This document shows, one piece after another, positions 13,370 through 27,079 of a stretch of DNA of 64,000 nucleotides. How positions within the stretch are numbered: position 1 is the stretch's first letter; every line of letters begins with the position of its first letter. Source of the stretch: Heptranchias perlo (lineage: Eukaryota). The stretch spans positions 27,342,001-27,406,000 of the forward strand of contig NC_090350.1 of assembly GCF_035084215.1 (NCBI RefSeq), read 5' to 3'. A program made the translations under genes and the position numbers. The notes beneath the pieces are model-generated. The model did not search any database. It was given only the letters and a program-made list of their open reading frames with translations, and had not been told where the DNA came from.

Positions 13370-13905
13370 AGAAGTCTTTACCAACTGCCCTCAACTCACC
13401 CCCACTGGTGCTGAAAGTCTCTTCCACACCTTTATTACCTCCAAACTTCACTTTCCAATGACTCCCTTGCTGCCTGCATTCTTTACCACTCAAAATCTTG
13501 CTAAAATCAACCCAATCCTCACTGACCTCCATAGTTCCCCATCCCATCAACTTTTAAAATTCTCATCCTCATCTTGAATCTCTCTACTATCTCACCCCTC
13601 CTTACCGTTGCAACTCCAAGCCCCAAGATTCCTTCCTGCACCCTCTGCTCTTCCAACGCTGCTTTATTTTGTCTTCCCCCCACTCTGTCTGCTCTACCAT
13701 CAGTGGCAGAGCTTCCAGCCATATCATTCCTAAACTCTGGAACTTTCTCCCTTTATCTTGCTGCATTTCTCCCCGCTTTCAAAATTCTTCTAAAAATCCT
13801 AACACTTCAACAGCACCTTTGGCCACATCTCCTACTCCCATTCCAACTTGGATCTAATCCTAAACTTGGCTATGTTTAAAGGTGCTATGTCAGTGCATAT
13901 AGTTG
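13370..13905 (+). mobile_element. L2 LINE 3' fragment, highly degenerate
   Basis: Pyrimidine-rich; actgacctccat...tttaaaattctcatcctc...aaaggtgctat resembles the reverse complement of 48050-48770. Confidence 0.65.
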
Positions 13906-15429
13906 TTTTCCATGCTTTATTTAGTTGGTGTTAATTATTGGAATTTTAAAAAAAATTTTAAAGACAGCTTTTTTGCCCAAAATCTCTCTCAGTATTTTTC
14001 TTATAAAACATTCACAAGGACAGAAAGTCTTACTTAGTGCAAATACAATTAAATGAGAAATGTTAGTATTTGAATTTTAGTTCTCCATGTATTAAGCTTC
14101 AAAATGTGGCCAGCTAGCTAAATTAGGAGCTTCTAATGTCTTAATGCAGGGCAATTCTTATAACACTGTGCAAATGTACATAAGTGAGGCATTGTCCATT
14201 TGCTTTCATTCTAAGAACACAGCACTTTTCACGATACAACCTGAAAGTCTGAATGACTAAAAACCTGACGAGACTGGAATTTTCTTATGACTAGTTTTGG
14301 GCTTGGCTATTCAAACATTACATGCTAGTTTAGTTGGAGACTCATATATTCTGTACAATCAATTGCGTTGTGCATACGGCTACTTCTAATAAGCTTATAA
14401 TAAAATGTAACTAGTTAATTACAATACAGGATTCCCCACCTGATAAAATTTCTAATCTCAGTAGGTCACTGAGAAGGTGCTTAAATGGTGCCTATGCATT
14501 TCCCCATAAAAAATTATTTTTAATGAATTAGCAATTTACATTCAGGACCACTCTTACACACCTATCTGACCTCGGAACAGATCACCCACATGCGTTGATA
14601 GCCAGTAAATGAGGGGGGGGCGGGCTTTGCAAGAAAATGTTCACATCTATACCTATACCATCAGACACAATTAACTCCACCATTTCCACCTTGCTAAGAA
14701 AGCACGGTGTTCTTTTTCACATAAAAAGATGGCAATTTGATGATTTAATGAAATTCTCCTCTATCTTAAAGCTCAGCCTCCACAATGTTCCCACGCTTAT
14801 AATCTGATAAATATTACGCAGAGGCATCAAAGGGTATGCCCTTAATAGGGTTGTAATTTGATACAAGAAAAAAAACTGCAGTACCGTTTAAATAATTTTA
14901 TATTAATATTTGAAAATTGTCATATTTTTTAACATTTAATTCCAAATAAATGAAACGTGTCACACCTTGCCAATTACAAATCTGGTTGAGTGAATCTGGG
15001 CAATTAATGAATCTTAATTTTATTTCTTTTTAGAAATAATTAATTTCTCTTTCTCTCACAGAGACCGATGTGAATACATGGACGCTAAGCGAAATTGTTT
15101 TTACATGGTATACGTTGGCGTTTATAACCGCCCACCCCACCCCGATACCCGCAGCTCAATGCAGAGGAAAGGTTGTCCTCCTCCATTTTCTACAGGTTAC
15201 TGGTGTCTGATACATAGAGATGATGGAGAGGAGCCGCTTTAAAACAGCAGACGGTTATTAACTAGATTCCCAATGTCAGTGACAGGACAGGTCAGTGACA
15301 GGGATGCTGCAGCCCACTGCCCTTCCGTTTTTAAAACGATGTAGACACAACTGAAACAATGACAGATTTTATTAAATATGACTGTAAATTGGCTCCTTCT
15401 GCCCTGCCCCCCCCCTCTCCTTCCCTTAC

Positions 15430-15732
15430 CAGCACATCATTGCAGATATCCCTGAGCTCAGCCTCCACCTTCTCTCGGTACTCCTTCACCATATGCAGCT
15501 TCTTCTCGCTGCCGCCGCTCTCACCGGTTTTCTGCTCGATGCTGGAGATGACCCTCCACGCCGACCGGCGGGCCCCCACTACGTTCTTGTAAGCGACTGA
15601 GAGCAGGTTCCTCTCCTCGTTTGACAGCTCCTCGCCCCACTCCGTTACCGCCTTCATAGCGGCCGCCATGTCCTCGTAACGCTCCGCCTGCTCGGACAGC
15701 TTGGCTTTCTGCACCAGCTCGTTCTTATCCAT
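15430..15732 (-). CDS. 14-3-3 protein (beta/zeta/theta/sigma group), first coding exon, 101 codons; downstream exons lie outside the window
   Basis: Translates to [22 protein letters not shown]...[33 protein letters not shown]...[11 protein letters not shown] phase-0 donor (CTG|gtaagg) follows at the intron position used by YWHAZ/B/Q. Orthology is unresolved, so no symbol is given. Confidence 0.97.
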
Positions 15733-16030
15733 CGCCCCCTTTTTTTTCCTCTGTGTTTTCTTTCCAGCGAAGTGAACCTGTCACTTTATTTCAGCCTCGG
15801 CGACTATTCGAGACCAAAAGACCAAGTTTGTATGTTTTCACTTTCTTTCTTTTTCGCTCGCTCTCTCACACACACACGTCCTCTCCTCGAAACCAAATGG
15901 CGGTTGAGGTCTTTTTCCCGTAGACTTTGACTGCGCACGCGCCGCTTACACCTCTCTCTCTCCCCCCCCCCCCCAACACTGACGTCAATGAGTGACCAAA
16001 GCTGCAGAAGGCTGACCTGAGTCATCCAAA
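15733..16030 (-). promoter_or_regulatory. Putative 5' UTR and promoter of the 14-3-3 gene
   Basis: CpG-rich; YY1-like AAATGGCGG (about 15895), NRF1-like TGCGCACGCGC (15932-15942), perfect CRE TGACGTCA (15980-15987) and AP-1 TGAGTCA (16018-16024). Confidence 0.7.
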
Positions 16031-16494
16031 TGGTTATTGATTTGTGCATTTAATGCTGATATATACCATTGTGTGTTCTTCCCCACCCCCATTATTGTTC
16101 ATTTCTTGCATTAACACCGTAAAAGTCTGTCGTTTGCTATTAACAAAAGAAATGGGTACAATGCACAAGCTCAGCAGAAATTTAAATAGTACAAATCAGG
16201 AAAAAAAAACAAGTGTCAGAAATAACAAAAATGCTGCAAATACACAGCAGGCCCGTTAACATGTGTAAAAAGCCTCCGCCGCCACCTTTCCCAGCGCGTA
16301 TATCTTTCATCAGAACTACCAGAACTTAGCAATTGCATTAGTGTTACATCTTTTGAACAATAATAACTTTTCCTTTGAACAATAAGGGGAGAAATAAACC
16401 CAAAAAAGACTAAACTGCCACTTTACATATAACATGTCTCTTCATATCGGTCTAAAAACAAGCAGAGCTGCTCCATCAACATTGTAAAATGCTG

Positions 16495-16775
16495 TGGGAG
16501 CTCCCCATAGCTCAGTTGGGAAATGTGGAACTGAGACAAACACGTTTGATCCGAGGTCTCAGCCAATGTAGCAGTAGATTTGCAACAACTGGCCTCTTTG
16601 CTTGTGGGGTAGGGAGGGGAGTCAATCAGCCAGGTCCTGTTCCTAATCACTATTCAGTGATTTCTGCTACCAAGTGTGTATGTGGATGTTGGGTAAGAAC
16701 AGAATTGGGCTTTATTTGATGTCTCGCAATCAAATAGCCTGCCAATTCTCACTGCCTAGGTTCACAGATGAAACC
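16495..16775 (+). mobile_element. LF-SINE-like element
   Basis: tagctcagttggg head; aatcagccaggtcctgttcctaatcactattcagtga; aatagcctgccaattctcactgcctagg. Confidence 0.7.
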
Positions 16776-17139
16776 TGACTTACATAAAATTGAACTAGTC
16801 AGGGCAGGTGGGAGAAATGTAATACATAAAATGTCATTTATGCATTCAAAATACATCTCTCCAATCTCACTGATGTTTGGTGAGTCATCGAATTCTCATT
16901 TGTTCAACTTTCAAACACAATTACTACCCTGAAGCCACAGGGAACAAAACCACACTCTTTATTCATAAAGGAATGACACAGTGGTGACTAAAGTGGAATT
17001 ATTCAAATATTTTAATCTTGCAAATATTTTAGCATTATATAGTTACTTTTTTAAACCAAGATTGATTTTGTAACATGTTTTTCAATGGGATATACAGTGA
17101 TAGAAAATATATTTAGAACGAGGAAGTCTGTTCAAAACA

Positions 17140-18005
17140 TGTCCCAGACCTTTGGCCCCACCCCCTGTTCCTTATCTACATGCTCCCCCTTGGCAAACAT
17201 GCCCACTGACAACACCCAGCTCTACCACTCTGCCACCTCTTTCGACACCTCTATGCTTCTGTGTTGTCAGACTGCTTGTCTGATATGCAGTCCTGGATGA
17301 GCCGCAATTTCCTCCAGTTAAACGTTAGGTAGACCAAAGCCATCGTAGTCAGCCACAAACTGTGCACTAATTCCCTCCCCCTCCCTGGATATTCTCAGGT
17401 TGAACCAGACTATTTTCAACTTTACCATTCTATTTGGCTCTGAGCTGAATTTCCGACCCCACATCTGCATCGTCACAAAGACCACCTACTTATACCTCCA
17501 TAACATCACCTATCTCCCCCTCATCCATGTTTTTGTTACCTCCAGACTTGGCTATCCCAGTGATCTCCTGGCCAGCCTATCAACTTCCGCCAACTTCAGC
17601 TCATTCAAAACTCCGTTGTCCGCATCCTATCCCACACACCCATCACCGCTGTCCTCGTTGCCCTACATTGGCTCCCAGTCCCCAATGCCTCAAATTTAAA
17701 ATTCTCATCCTAGTATTTAAATCTCTTCACGGACTATCTCCCTCCCTATTTCTGCAACCTTCTCCAACCCTACAACTCACTGAGAACTTTGCCTTCCTCC
17801 AAATCTAACCCCATGTGCATTCACCACTGTCAGATGTGCCTTTGCCGTCTAGGCCCAAACCTCTTCACTTTTAACCTTATCTTTCAAACCAAGCTTTCAG
17901 TTACTCCTAATATCTCCTCCTTTGACAGTTTGATTTTTCTCTGATTATGCTTCTGTGAAATATCATGGGACTCAATGTTAAAGGCACTATATAAATGCAA
18001 GTTGA
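17140..18005 (+). mobile_element. L2 LINE 3' fragment
   Basis: LIHVFVTSRLGY motif (L2-type LIHAFVTSRLDY); 3' end aaggcactatataaatgcaagttg. Confidence 0.75.
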
Positions 18006-18059
18006 TAACAGAAGATAGCAGTCAGACACAATATCATATGGATCTATTCATAATATTAT

Positions 18060-18430
18060 GGGTACAGTTTCATAGTGGTTATATTGCTGACTAGTAATCC
18101 AGAAAACGTGAGTTCTAATTCCACCATGGCAGTTTGAGAATTTGAATTGTTTTTTAAAAAAATTGGAAATGAAATGAAAAGCTGGTATCAGCAAAAAGTG
18201 ACCACAAAGCTGCTAGATTGTTGTAATAACCCAACGAGTTCACTAATGCTCTTTAGGGAAGGAAATCTACCACCTTACCCAGTCTGGTCTATAGGCAAGT
18301 CCAGTCCCAGACCAATGTGGTTGAAATTAACTGCCCTCTGAAGTGGCCCACCAAGCCAGCCACTCAGTTGTATGGCCACCTTCTCACAGCAACTACAGAT
18401 GGGCAATAAATGCCAGCCTTGCCCACTGTC
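18060..18430 (+). mobile_element. tRNA-derived SINE (family unassigned)
   Basis: B-box-like gagttctaattcc; body ctttagggaaggaaatct...gatgggcaataaatgccagccttgcc. The 3' end also occurs inverted at about 27395-27445. Confidence 0.55.
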
Positions 18431-18439
18431 ACCCAGAGG

Positions 18440-19330
18440 TTGTTGTTTGGGCCATTGTTCTTAATAAATATAATGATCTGGGCTTGGGTATGGATGTACA
18501 AAGTCAACATTTGCAGACAGCACAAGTAGGGAGCATGGTTAACCGAGGAGAGGACTGCAAGTAGTTTTAAGTAGGCAATTTAGATATTCGTCATGAAATT
18601 TAATGCAGATAAATGCAAGGTGATACATTTTGGGAGGATAAGGACAGGTCATCTACATGGTAAACTTTAAAAGGAAAGAACACACTTAGGGGTTCAGATA
18701 TGCAAATCTTTAGAAGTGAGAGGACAAGTTGATAAAGCCATTGAAAAAGTGCTTTTGGGCACATTTATAAATAGGGGCATTGTACACAAAAGCAGAGGTA
18801 ATGCTAGCCCGATATAAATCATTGGTTAAAATCTTGTCAAGTTTTAGGTGCCTTTAAGAAACATGTCAAGGGTATGGAGGGGGTGAAGAAAAGGGATTCA
18901 CTAAGATGATACCCACGATGATGCTTTAGTTATAAAGAGACTACAGAAACTGAGGCACTTTTCATTAGAGCAAAGATAACCAAGAGGAGATCGGAGATGT
19001 TCAAAATTGAGGGGCTTTGAAAGTAAACCAGGAAAAACTAATGCCACTGGTCAGTGAGTCATTAACTAGACAGCATATGTACAAGATGATCACCAAAAGA
19101 ATAGAGGTTAGAAGAATTTTTAGTGAGGGTTGTTAGCATATGGTATACTCTGCCAGAAATAGCAATGGAAAGAGAATGTATAATAACCTTTAAAAGGGAA
19201 AGGGATATATATTTGAAAAAGAAAAAGGTTATTGGGAATGAGCAGGAAAATGGGACTAGGTGGATAGCTATTTCAGTGACTGACATAGGCCATATGGCCT
19301 CCTCTTGCACTGTAATGAATCATAGAATGA
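18440..19330 (+). mobile_element. Old CR1 LINE 3' fragment
   Basis: aatttaatgcagataaatgcaaggtgatacattttgg, cattagagcaaaga and atggcctcctcttgcactgtaa align with the CR1 at 1-1688. Confidence 0.75.
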
Positions 19331-21579
19331 CATTTTAAATACAAAATCACACCCAGGACACAAGTCACCATGGAAGTTAAAAGATATCCATTCCTCTTGG
19401 CTGAATCACAAGATAAATAAATAGGTAAGGATATTTGGTTCTCCATCCAGAACACTATGGTCCTATCACAGCATCCAATGTTCCTTAAAAGATTCAAGTT
19501 TTTTTTGTGGCTTCCACTACTGTGCCCAAGTCCATTCTATATGTTGATCAATCTGTGAAAAAACTTTTGACATCGGTTTTGCATTTGCCTTGTGCCAGCT
19601 TGAACCTAGTCCTACTGTCATGGGTTAGTCTGAAGTAGTATTCTGGATTTACCATCATACCTCTACAAGGTCAAATCTCAGTTGCCTTCTTTCAAAGTTG
19701 AAATGTCCACATTTCTCCAGTCTTTCCGCATAACTTACTCCTCGGATGCTGGGGAGCAGTCTTGCTCTGAACGGAACACACACAATCTCATACTTGTAAA
19801 TACCTACTCTACCATCTTTCTAGTCGTTTCTCACACAAGTCATGTTTTTGGCCTCAATCACTTTTCATGACAACCTGTTCCAACTCTCCAATACCTTCTA
19901 TGTAAAGAAATACTTTAGAAATGTACCTTTCACAACACTGAATCAATTCCTCATCCAGTTCCTGAAATGCCTCCACAAATTGTGACTCCTAGTTTGGTTT
20001 GTTGAGTTTGCATTGCACTTTATTTATAGTTGTTAACATTAAGAGTTCCAACACAGATCCCTGCAACTCTCCACTCAGCACGTGCCCCCATCATCACCAG
20101 AAATACCCCTCAATCCTATTGTTCATCCAATTTCTCATCCATACCTATATTTCATCTCATTCCCAAACCCTTCAAGCTTTAGTAGTAGCCTTGAGTGGAT
20201 TTTTGGAAATCAATTCATAAAATGTATTAATAAATTATACCAATTTCTTTCTATAGCACCATGGTTTCAGCAGCTCAGTTTAAAATTCCTTAATAAACAA
20301 GCTCCTTGATTAGTTTGTATAAAAGTCTGTTGTATGCCTCAGTTTACAAGTTCATGCATCTCCTGGATCCTTTCGAAGTAGGGACAATAAATAAAAACCT
20401 TTATAGAGAGAAGAGATACAAGGTGACATACATTTTATTCAGGATAAAAATTCATACAAGAGCCAATGCTATGATTTGGACTGAAAATTTTACCAGTGTT
20501 TGAGGAATATAGTGATGGCAGAGAAAAGGAAGCAGAAGGAACAATGCATCCCTCTATAGTGAGGGTATTAATAAAGCCAAGCTATTTGCCAAACCTAAAA
20601 CCATTTTATTACAGGCTCTACACCCTAGAGGGTTCCCTTTAGCTTTTGACTGTCAATTATCTATGTGAAAACAGGGGTTACCTTCCTATTTCCATTATTT
20701 GAAGACTACTATGCAAGCTCTTCTCAACCTAAATATGGTCTTGTGACCAGAACTGCTGGTAAAAATCTGATCCCTTGGTCAGTACTTTCAGTATAAAAGT
20801 TTTGCCTGAATTTTAGGAAAGGTGAAAATGAGCCCGACTCTACTATATTAGGAGATATTTGAAATTAGTTTGTTTTCTGTGGAGATCTCAGGGCTGGTCA
20901 GCAATCAGCTCCATAGGAAATTACACCAATTTCATCCTTCCCCATAAATGCCCATCAAATTTAAGCATTAGGCAAACACATCTGGTACTCATATGGCTTC
21001 CTAGTTTGATTGTCAAGGCAGCAAAGTTTTCAATTTGTAATGGATCCATAATTATTGGAAAACAATATAGCACAATCATGGGTTATCTTAAAACAGAGGT
21101 CATAGAACCACAGAACAAAACTGGATGTATTATTTTTGATGTCTAATTAAACATTTTTGAAACTCAACAGTATTATTTGGGTTAACTATTTCCTCCCCAA
21201 TGCAGCCTTTAAAATCACACTAGTTTTGCCTTAAAAATTCTCAACACATTCTGTAACTTCATTCAGTACTAGCTGATTTATTTCAAGAGTTTCAAGTAGT
21301 CACTGTAATGAAAACAGTACACTGGTAATTCATTGGTTGTGAAGCATTTTGGGATGGTGAAAGGGCATGATAGGTGCTATATAAACAGGTTTCTTCTTTA
21401 GTAAAGGTCACCTGTAAAGATCCCTTATACCACCAGATGGCTCCATTTGCTGGAATCAGAATTTCCTTAGTTTTGTTACAAGTATGTTTTTTTGTCTTAA
21501 AGGTAATGATGCCCACAAAAACATGCTTTTACAAAATGTAATTAGAATACTTAAATTTTCCCTATATATAAAAAAGGGT

Positions 21580-24500
21580 CCAAGGCAGTGCAATTTTATT
21601 TTACAAAAAGACCAATAAAGCTCTCTAATGCAGTAACTGCTCTCACTATTGGGAATTAGCTTTTAATAGAAATTTAAAATGGAATAACCATTTATTGGGA
21701 GTCATATTACAGTAGTGCCTGATGTATGAAATATGTTGAGTTTGAAGTGATGTTCTCTTAACTAGCCGAAAGCACAAAACAACTCCAGGAGTGAGCCAAA
21801 TTAAATTAGGAACTCACTGCAAATAATACTCCCAGAACAGTATATTCCTATGGTTGCAACAGCACAGTAACAATGTTTGAGTGTTTTTGATCTCAACTTA
21901 TTTTGAATCATGTTCCTAACCAGAGATATAGATATATAGCGATATGGATATGTTAGACATTTCTATAGGAGCTTGGCTTATATATCCACTATGTTCTGCA
22001 GATCCTACAGTTTTGTCTATGCAATTTAAGTGAGGGGAAAATGCACAAACTAATTTAAGTCCTTTTTAAAAAACATGGCTCAAACAGTTTAGAGACTGCT
22101 GTAACAACTCTGGCAATAGATTATTAAAATTTCCCATATTCCAAGATGGGGTCATAGGGCAAAACTAATTGCAGACAAATTTCTAATGTCTCCTGTACAC
22201 CACTTTCCATTCATGTCTAATTACAAAATTTGAGTTTTCCCAAATTTAGGTATTCAGGCACCATGCTAAAAATCAATCTATTGTACAGCTTTAACCAAAA
22301 AAATAGCACAAGTGGCACACATGGTCACAAGAACATAAGCACCAGCAGAAAAAAAAGTTAAATTGCTTAAATACTATCATTTCAGTATCTGTATTTACCC
22401 ATTTTAGACACCCTGGACATCCATTTTACATTGTGTACAGATCATCATTTTGTAACTACACAAATGTCAAGAAAGAACATACTCTATGCACCTGCCCACA
22501 TTTTAATAGTATCTTTCCCCCACCATCTCAGTTGGGTCTTTCTTGTCCCGTTTCACAGACTAGAAATAGGCAGAGATCTGGCATTACAGATCTCCGCCCA
22601 ATTTTCCAATCAAATTTTACACGTGTCAATCAGAACGGTTACAGCATGGAAGGTGACCATTTGGCCCGTTGAGTCCGTGCCGGCTCTATGCAAGAGCAAT
22701 CCAGCTAGTCCCACCCCCCCACCCTTGCAAATTTTTTCCTCTCGGTAACTTGGCTGAACCAGATTGAAAATTTAAGCCAGTGTCCATTAATTCCTCTACC
22801 AATCTTGTAGAAAGATGGAATATTTCTTTGTCCATCCCTTCCCCACTCATGACCTGTATATCCATATCTTGCTATTTGCATCCACAATTTCCTAACCTGC
22901 ATCCTCCTTTAGCAAAAAACTATTTAGCCCAATGTACAATGGCACAATATGAAGTTTAACCTCTCATGTGCTCAATTCTAATGTGCATAGTCCAAAAATT
23001 AATTGCTGAAATGTTAAATGGACTCAAGACTACTTTTCTTAAGTGCAACCTGCGTAAGTTCTTGCACCAAAACTAGCAAATGAGATCAGTTTGCCTGCTT
23101 TCAGTCAATTGTATTCTCTTGCCCATTTAGTAGTGTTTTAAAACTAGTTTTCCTTGTATTTAGCTACCACTCAGTGAATCTTTAACTGATTTCTTCCTTG
23201 ATGCACTGGAAGATTCAAAATGTGTGCTTGAATCATTTGTAAGTGGACACATTGTCTATCTATACCCACTTATAGCAACTCCTCTTAACTGCATACCTTG
23301 AGACATAAGACTATTTTACTTAAACCAACTGCCATCACTTTACACCATAACAGTAGAAATATTTTCACTTGTCCATTTTATGTATTTACTATAGTTAAGT
23401 ATGATCCTACTTCCACCCAAACCAAAGTAGTTACAAGAAACGCAGTTTCTACATTAAACAGTTTATAGTACAGGCTTACTTTAATCCAGAAATGTTATTG
23501 AAGATTAAAATCAAGTGCTACATTTTGTAGGAAATACATCACATTGGCAGCAATAATAGTCTCAATTTCAGCACTGGGAAGAATAAGGGATTCTGAGCCA
23601 TTCCATTTACAAGAAAATGTGCTTTTGATATTTATTAAAGAAATTACAATGAGCTCCAGATAAATCACAAAATTCTGCACATATATGAATATGCAAGGCT
23701 GCTACAGAACTGAGGCTTAATAGGGCTGAAGGATTAGGAGCAGGACTAGGTGAAATACACAAGCTATTACAATCCCAGTTATTATGATTTTGAACAGGAA
23801 TTTTCTAGTCAATATTTGAGGAACCCCTTCAACTTAAGTTTTAGGCATAAAAACCGACTAGTTAATAGACCTGTTATATACAAACCTGCCAGTTTTGCAA
23901 TATGTTAACTCTACAGTTGCAAGCTACAAAGCAACAGTTTGAAAACATTAAGTTGTTAAAGCTCAGACACATCCACTTCTTTGCATTTATGCATCAGGAG
24001 ATTCTGTCCCTTCAATTATCTGCTCCATACTAATGTATTTTAAACTGTTAGGAATGCTACAGTGTGATTTGCAATAGAAAAATCATGGCACTCACATGAA
24101 ATCTGTTACTTTCAGGTAATCAAGCACTTCATAAAATAAATGGTTTTAAAACGAGAAGTGGTCATGAGTTTAAATTGTCCTGCAATCATCTGGAAACATC
24201 CACTTTTTGTCCAGTGAGAAAGACCCTATTATCTTCAGAATTCTTTATGGATTGATCACAATTATCATTTTTAAGATTGCAATTTTTAATATATTGCAAC
24301 ATCCCTTCTACAAAGAAGGTGCTGAACACAAGCTGTACAATGGATACATACCCTAATGTAGCTGACTGGGCTGTGCTTAGCAAGGTCAAGGAATTTTATT
24401 AGTGATAGGCCAGTACACTAACCGAACCAAACTTGTAAAAGCAACGCAGCATTCACCAATACAGAGGTTCCTGCAAAACCACTATAGCTGTAAGCCACAG

Positions 24501-24854
24501 ATTCTAACTCCCACATTTTAGTTTTGCAAAGGTCTCCAGCAGTACCAGTATCACAATGATGCCAGTGCTTAAAAGTAGTGAATGGAAGAGATAAGTAAAT
24601 ATTAGTACTGGTCTATCAAGAGATCAGTAGAACTTTCTCACCCAGCCCACTTGAAGAATTGGCAGCTTTGTAATGTCTGAACAAAAAAAAAAATCTTCAC
24701 TCCAGTGCTCCCTTGTCCCCAAAACATGAAAGGAATAAACGTCGACAGTTCAGTAGTAAGTAGAAAGTGAAAAAGGTTGAAGAATCAAATATTCTTCATC
24801 TTTTCCAGGCCCTGTGTAGTAGGTTCAGTGCATCATGTCAGCAGAATTCCAAGT
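21580..24854 (-). other. ZNF706: ZNF706-like terminal non-coding exon (3' UTR); the 3' end is uncertain
   Basis: Minus-strand acceptor with branch point (ttctaac...ttttgtgcttacttttag|acttgg at 24854); AATAAA candidates at 24395-24400 and 21595-21600; largely free of repeats. Confidence 0.5.
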
Positions 24855-25484
24855 CTAAAAGTAAGCACAAAAGTAGTTAGAAAAAAGCACCATATAAAAT
24901 GAAACTATCCTTCCCCCAGCATCTATAAAATCTCACTATTAACAGTAATAATTGTTCATTTACTCACTTTGTAAATTTACATTCACATTACTAAGAGTAT
25001 GGGCATTTTAAAATCAACATTGTCATACACTTTATTTCAAGGTGTTAACATCCTAAAGAATTTCTTACAATATGAAATATGACTACAATGTCTGTCTATA
25101 AATGAATCTCAAATTAATTAGCTAGTAAAAGCATTCAATATGGATACATCAACTATAGCTGGATATGTTGACAAATATCTGGTTTTCCCACCTCCCAATG
25201 CAGCACCCTGGGATGTTTTGCAACCTTGAAGCTGCTGTATAAGCAGGAGTTGTCCAATAACCAACTAGCATATCCTCCTTGGAGAAAGGGAGAGATTACT
25301 ATGGAGTCAAGTTGGATTCAAGAAGGAATGCCTGATGTAAGATTGGAACTGAGTCACTTAATGGCAGACTCTAAGCAGATATAAACAAACTGCAGGGATT
25401 TCAGTAGTGTGGATTTTCTTTTTTTTTTAAATAGCTTTGGAGATTCTTCAGTATTATGATGGGCTTCCATGCACAGCCAACAAC

Positions 25485-25875
25485 GTGCATCCAAATAATG
25501 CCTTTAACATAGTAGAACGCCCCAAGGCGCATCAAACAAAATTTGACACCAATCCACATAAGGACAAGTGACCAAAAGCTTGGTCAAAGAGGTAGATTTT
25601 AAGGAGTGTCTTGAAGGAGCAGGAGGTAGGGAGGCAGGCAAAGAGGCGTGGGAGGGAATTGCAAAGCTTAGGGCCTAGGCAGCTGGAGCCTCAGCCACCA
25701 ATGGTGCAGCGATTAAAATCAGGGATGCGCAAGAGCCCAGATTTGGAGGAGCGCGGAGATCTCGGAGGGTTGTAGGGGGAGGAGGTTACAGACAGGGTAG
25801 GCGAGGCCATGGAGGGATCTGAAAACAAGGATGAGAATTATTAAAATTCAGGCATTGCTGGACCAGAAACCAATG
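25485..25875 (-). mobile_element. L2 LINE 3' end
   Basis: Closely similar to 48050-48450 (caaaatttgacac...gaccaaaagcttggtcaaagaggtag...ggccatggagggat). Confidence 0.8.
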
Positions 25876-27079
25876 ACACAGCTGCCCAAATGAAAAGGTT
25901 ACCTAGCCCCATGATCTCAGCTTCTTAATCAGCTGGCTTTGCAGAGCTGAACAGCCTGAGCCTGATGTGCTGCTTGGCCTTCAAGTACCCAAATTTTAAA
26001 CAAATTCCTAATATTAAGAGCACAGTTTCAGCATTTTTTTTTAACATTCAAAATAATGTATTTCCTAGTTTGAATGACAGTTACTGTGCCTCAACTGGAT
26101 TCATTGGCACTGAACAGGGAATTCAACTGATGTGAAACTGGAATATGGTTTGAACAGTACGTTTAGCACTTTGGCTCTATACTGCACCATACTAGGAGGT
26201 GCAGTGCTGTAAATACAGCACTTAAAAACAAGTCTTAAGTTGAACAGCTTAAAATACCCAATTTCTAAACATGAGCATTTCTATATAAGGAGCATTTTAA
26301 AAACCTGCCACAGAGTCTACTTTTTGTGCTGCAAAATGTCAGCTTTGCTATAAAAATTACCATTTAACTGCTGCAGAGTTCTAGGGGCCCCGTTTGTAAC
26401 TGCAAAAAACTGCTATGAAGTGACTGGATGCTGATTTTCCAGCACTTTACCTAAATTTCTAGCCCTGTTGTAGTAAGGAGGCACTAAGTAGAAGCTAGGC
26501 ATTCCCTATTGAGAAAAAAATTGCAAAGATGTGCCATGCCACAGTCATTCACATGATTGTGATTTATCTGCTGCATGTCCGAGGGAGAAAGTCACCTTCC
26601 AGCCTCTTGGCCACACATGTACAAAGATTTTAAATGAGGGGAAAAAACCTTCAAAGTTGACAAAAGTTTAGTGTAAAATGAAAACAATTCTTCGTTAAAG
26701 CTGCAAAGCTTAGAAATACATTTTTAAAATCTAGTTTGAGTTATAAACATTCTAGCTATATTAAGAGCTGTTAGTCCATTTATATGGAAACACCATGTAT
26801 AGTTTCAACAGCAGAATTAAACAACCCACAGTTCTAGATTCAAGTCTCAATTACTACTCAGACTCAAACACATTCATTGTGATTTCATGAGTTCTTGGAA
26901 GTGCCTCATCTGATCAGTCAGCAAAATTAGGAAAGACATGGAAATGACAATTTTCTCAGCCATTCCCCAAAGCTTAAGGCTGCACATAAGATTTTCTTCT
27001 TGTTTGGGGTGGCAGGAGATAGGTAAGAGAAGACGAACTTCAAAAAGTTTCTCACCCAAATCCAAGTTGTGCTTTCTTT

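Noticed and set aside
1-15429. Downstream 14-3-3 exons (expected KVFYLKMKGDYYRYLAE etc.)
   Set aside because: Not found by eye on the minus strand. A long intron at this position is normal, so this is not evidence of a pseudogene.
15331-15429. ORF-track C-terminal tail of 14-3-3 ([12 protein letters not shown]...)
   Set aside because: Read-through into the intron past the consensus donor.
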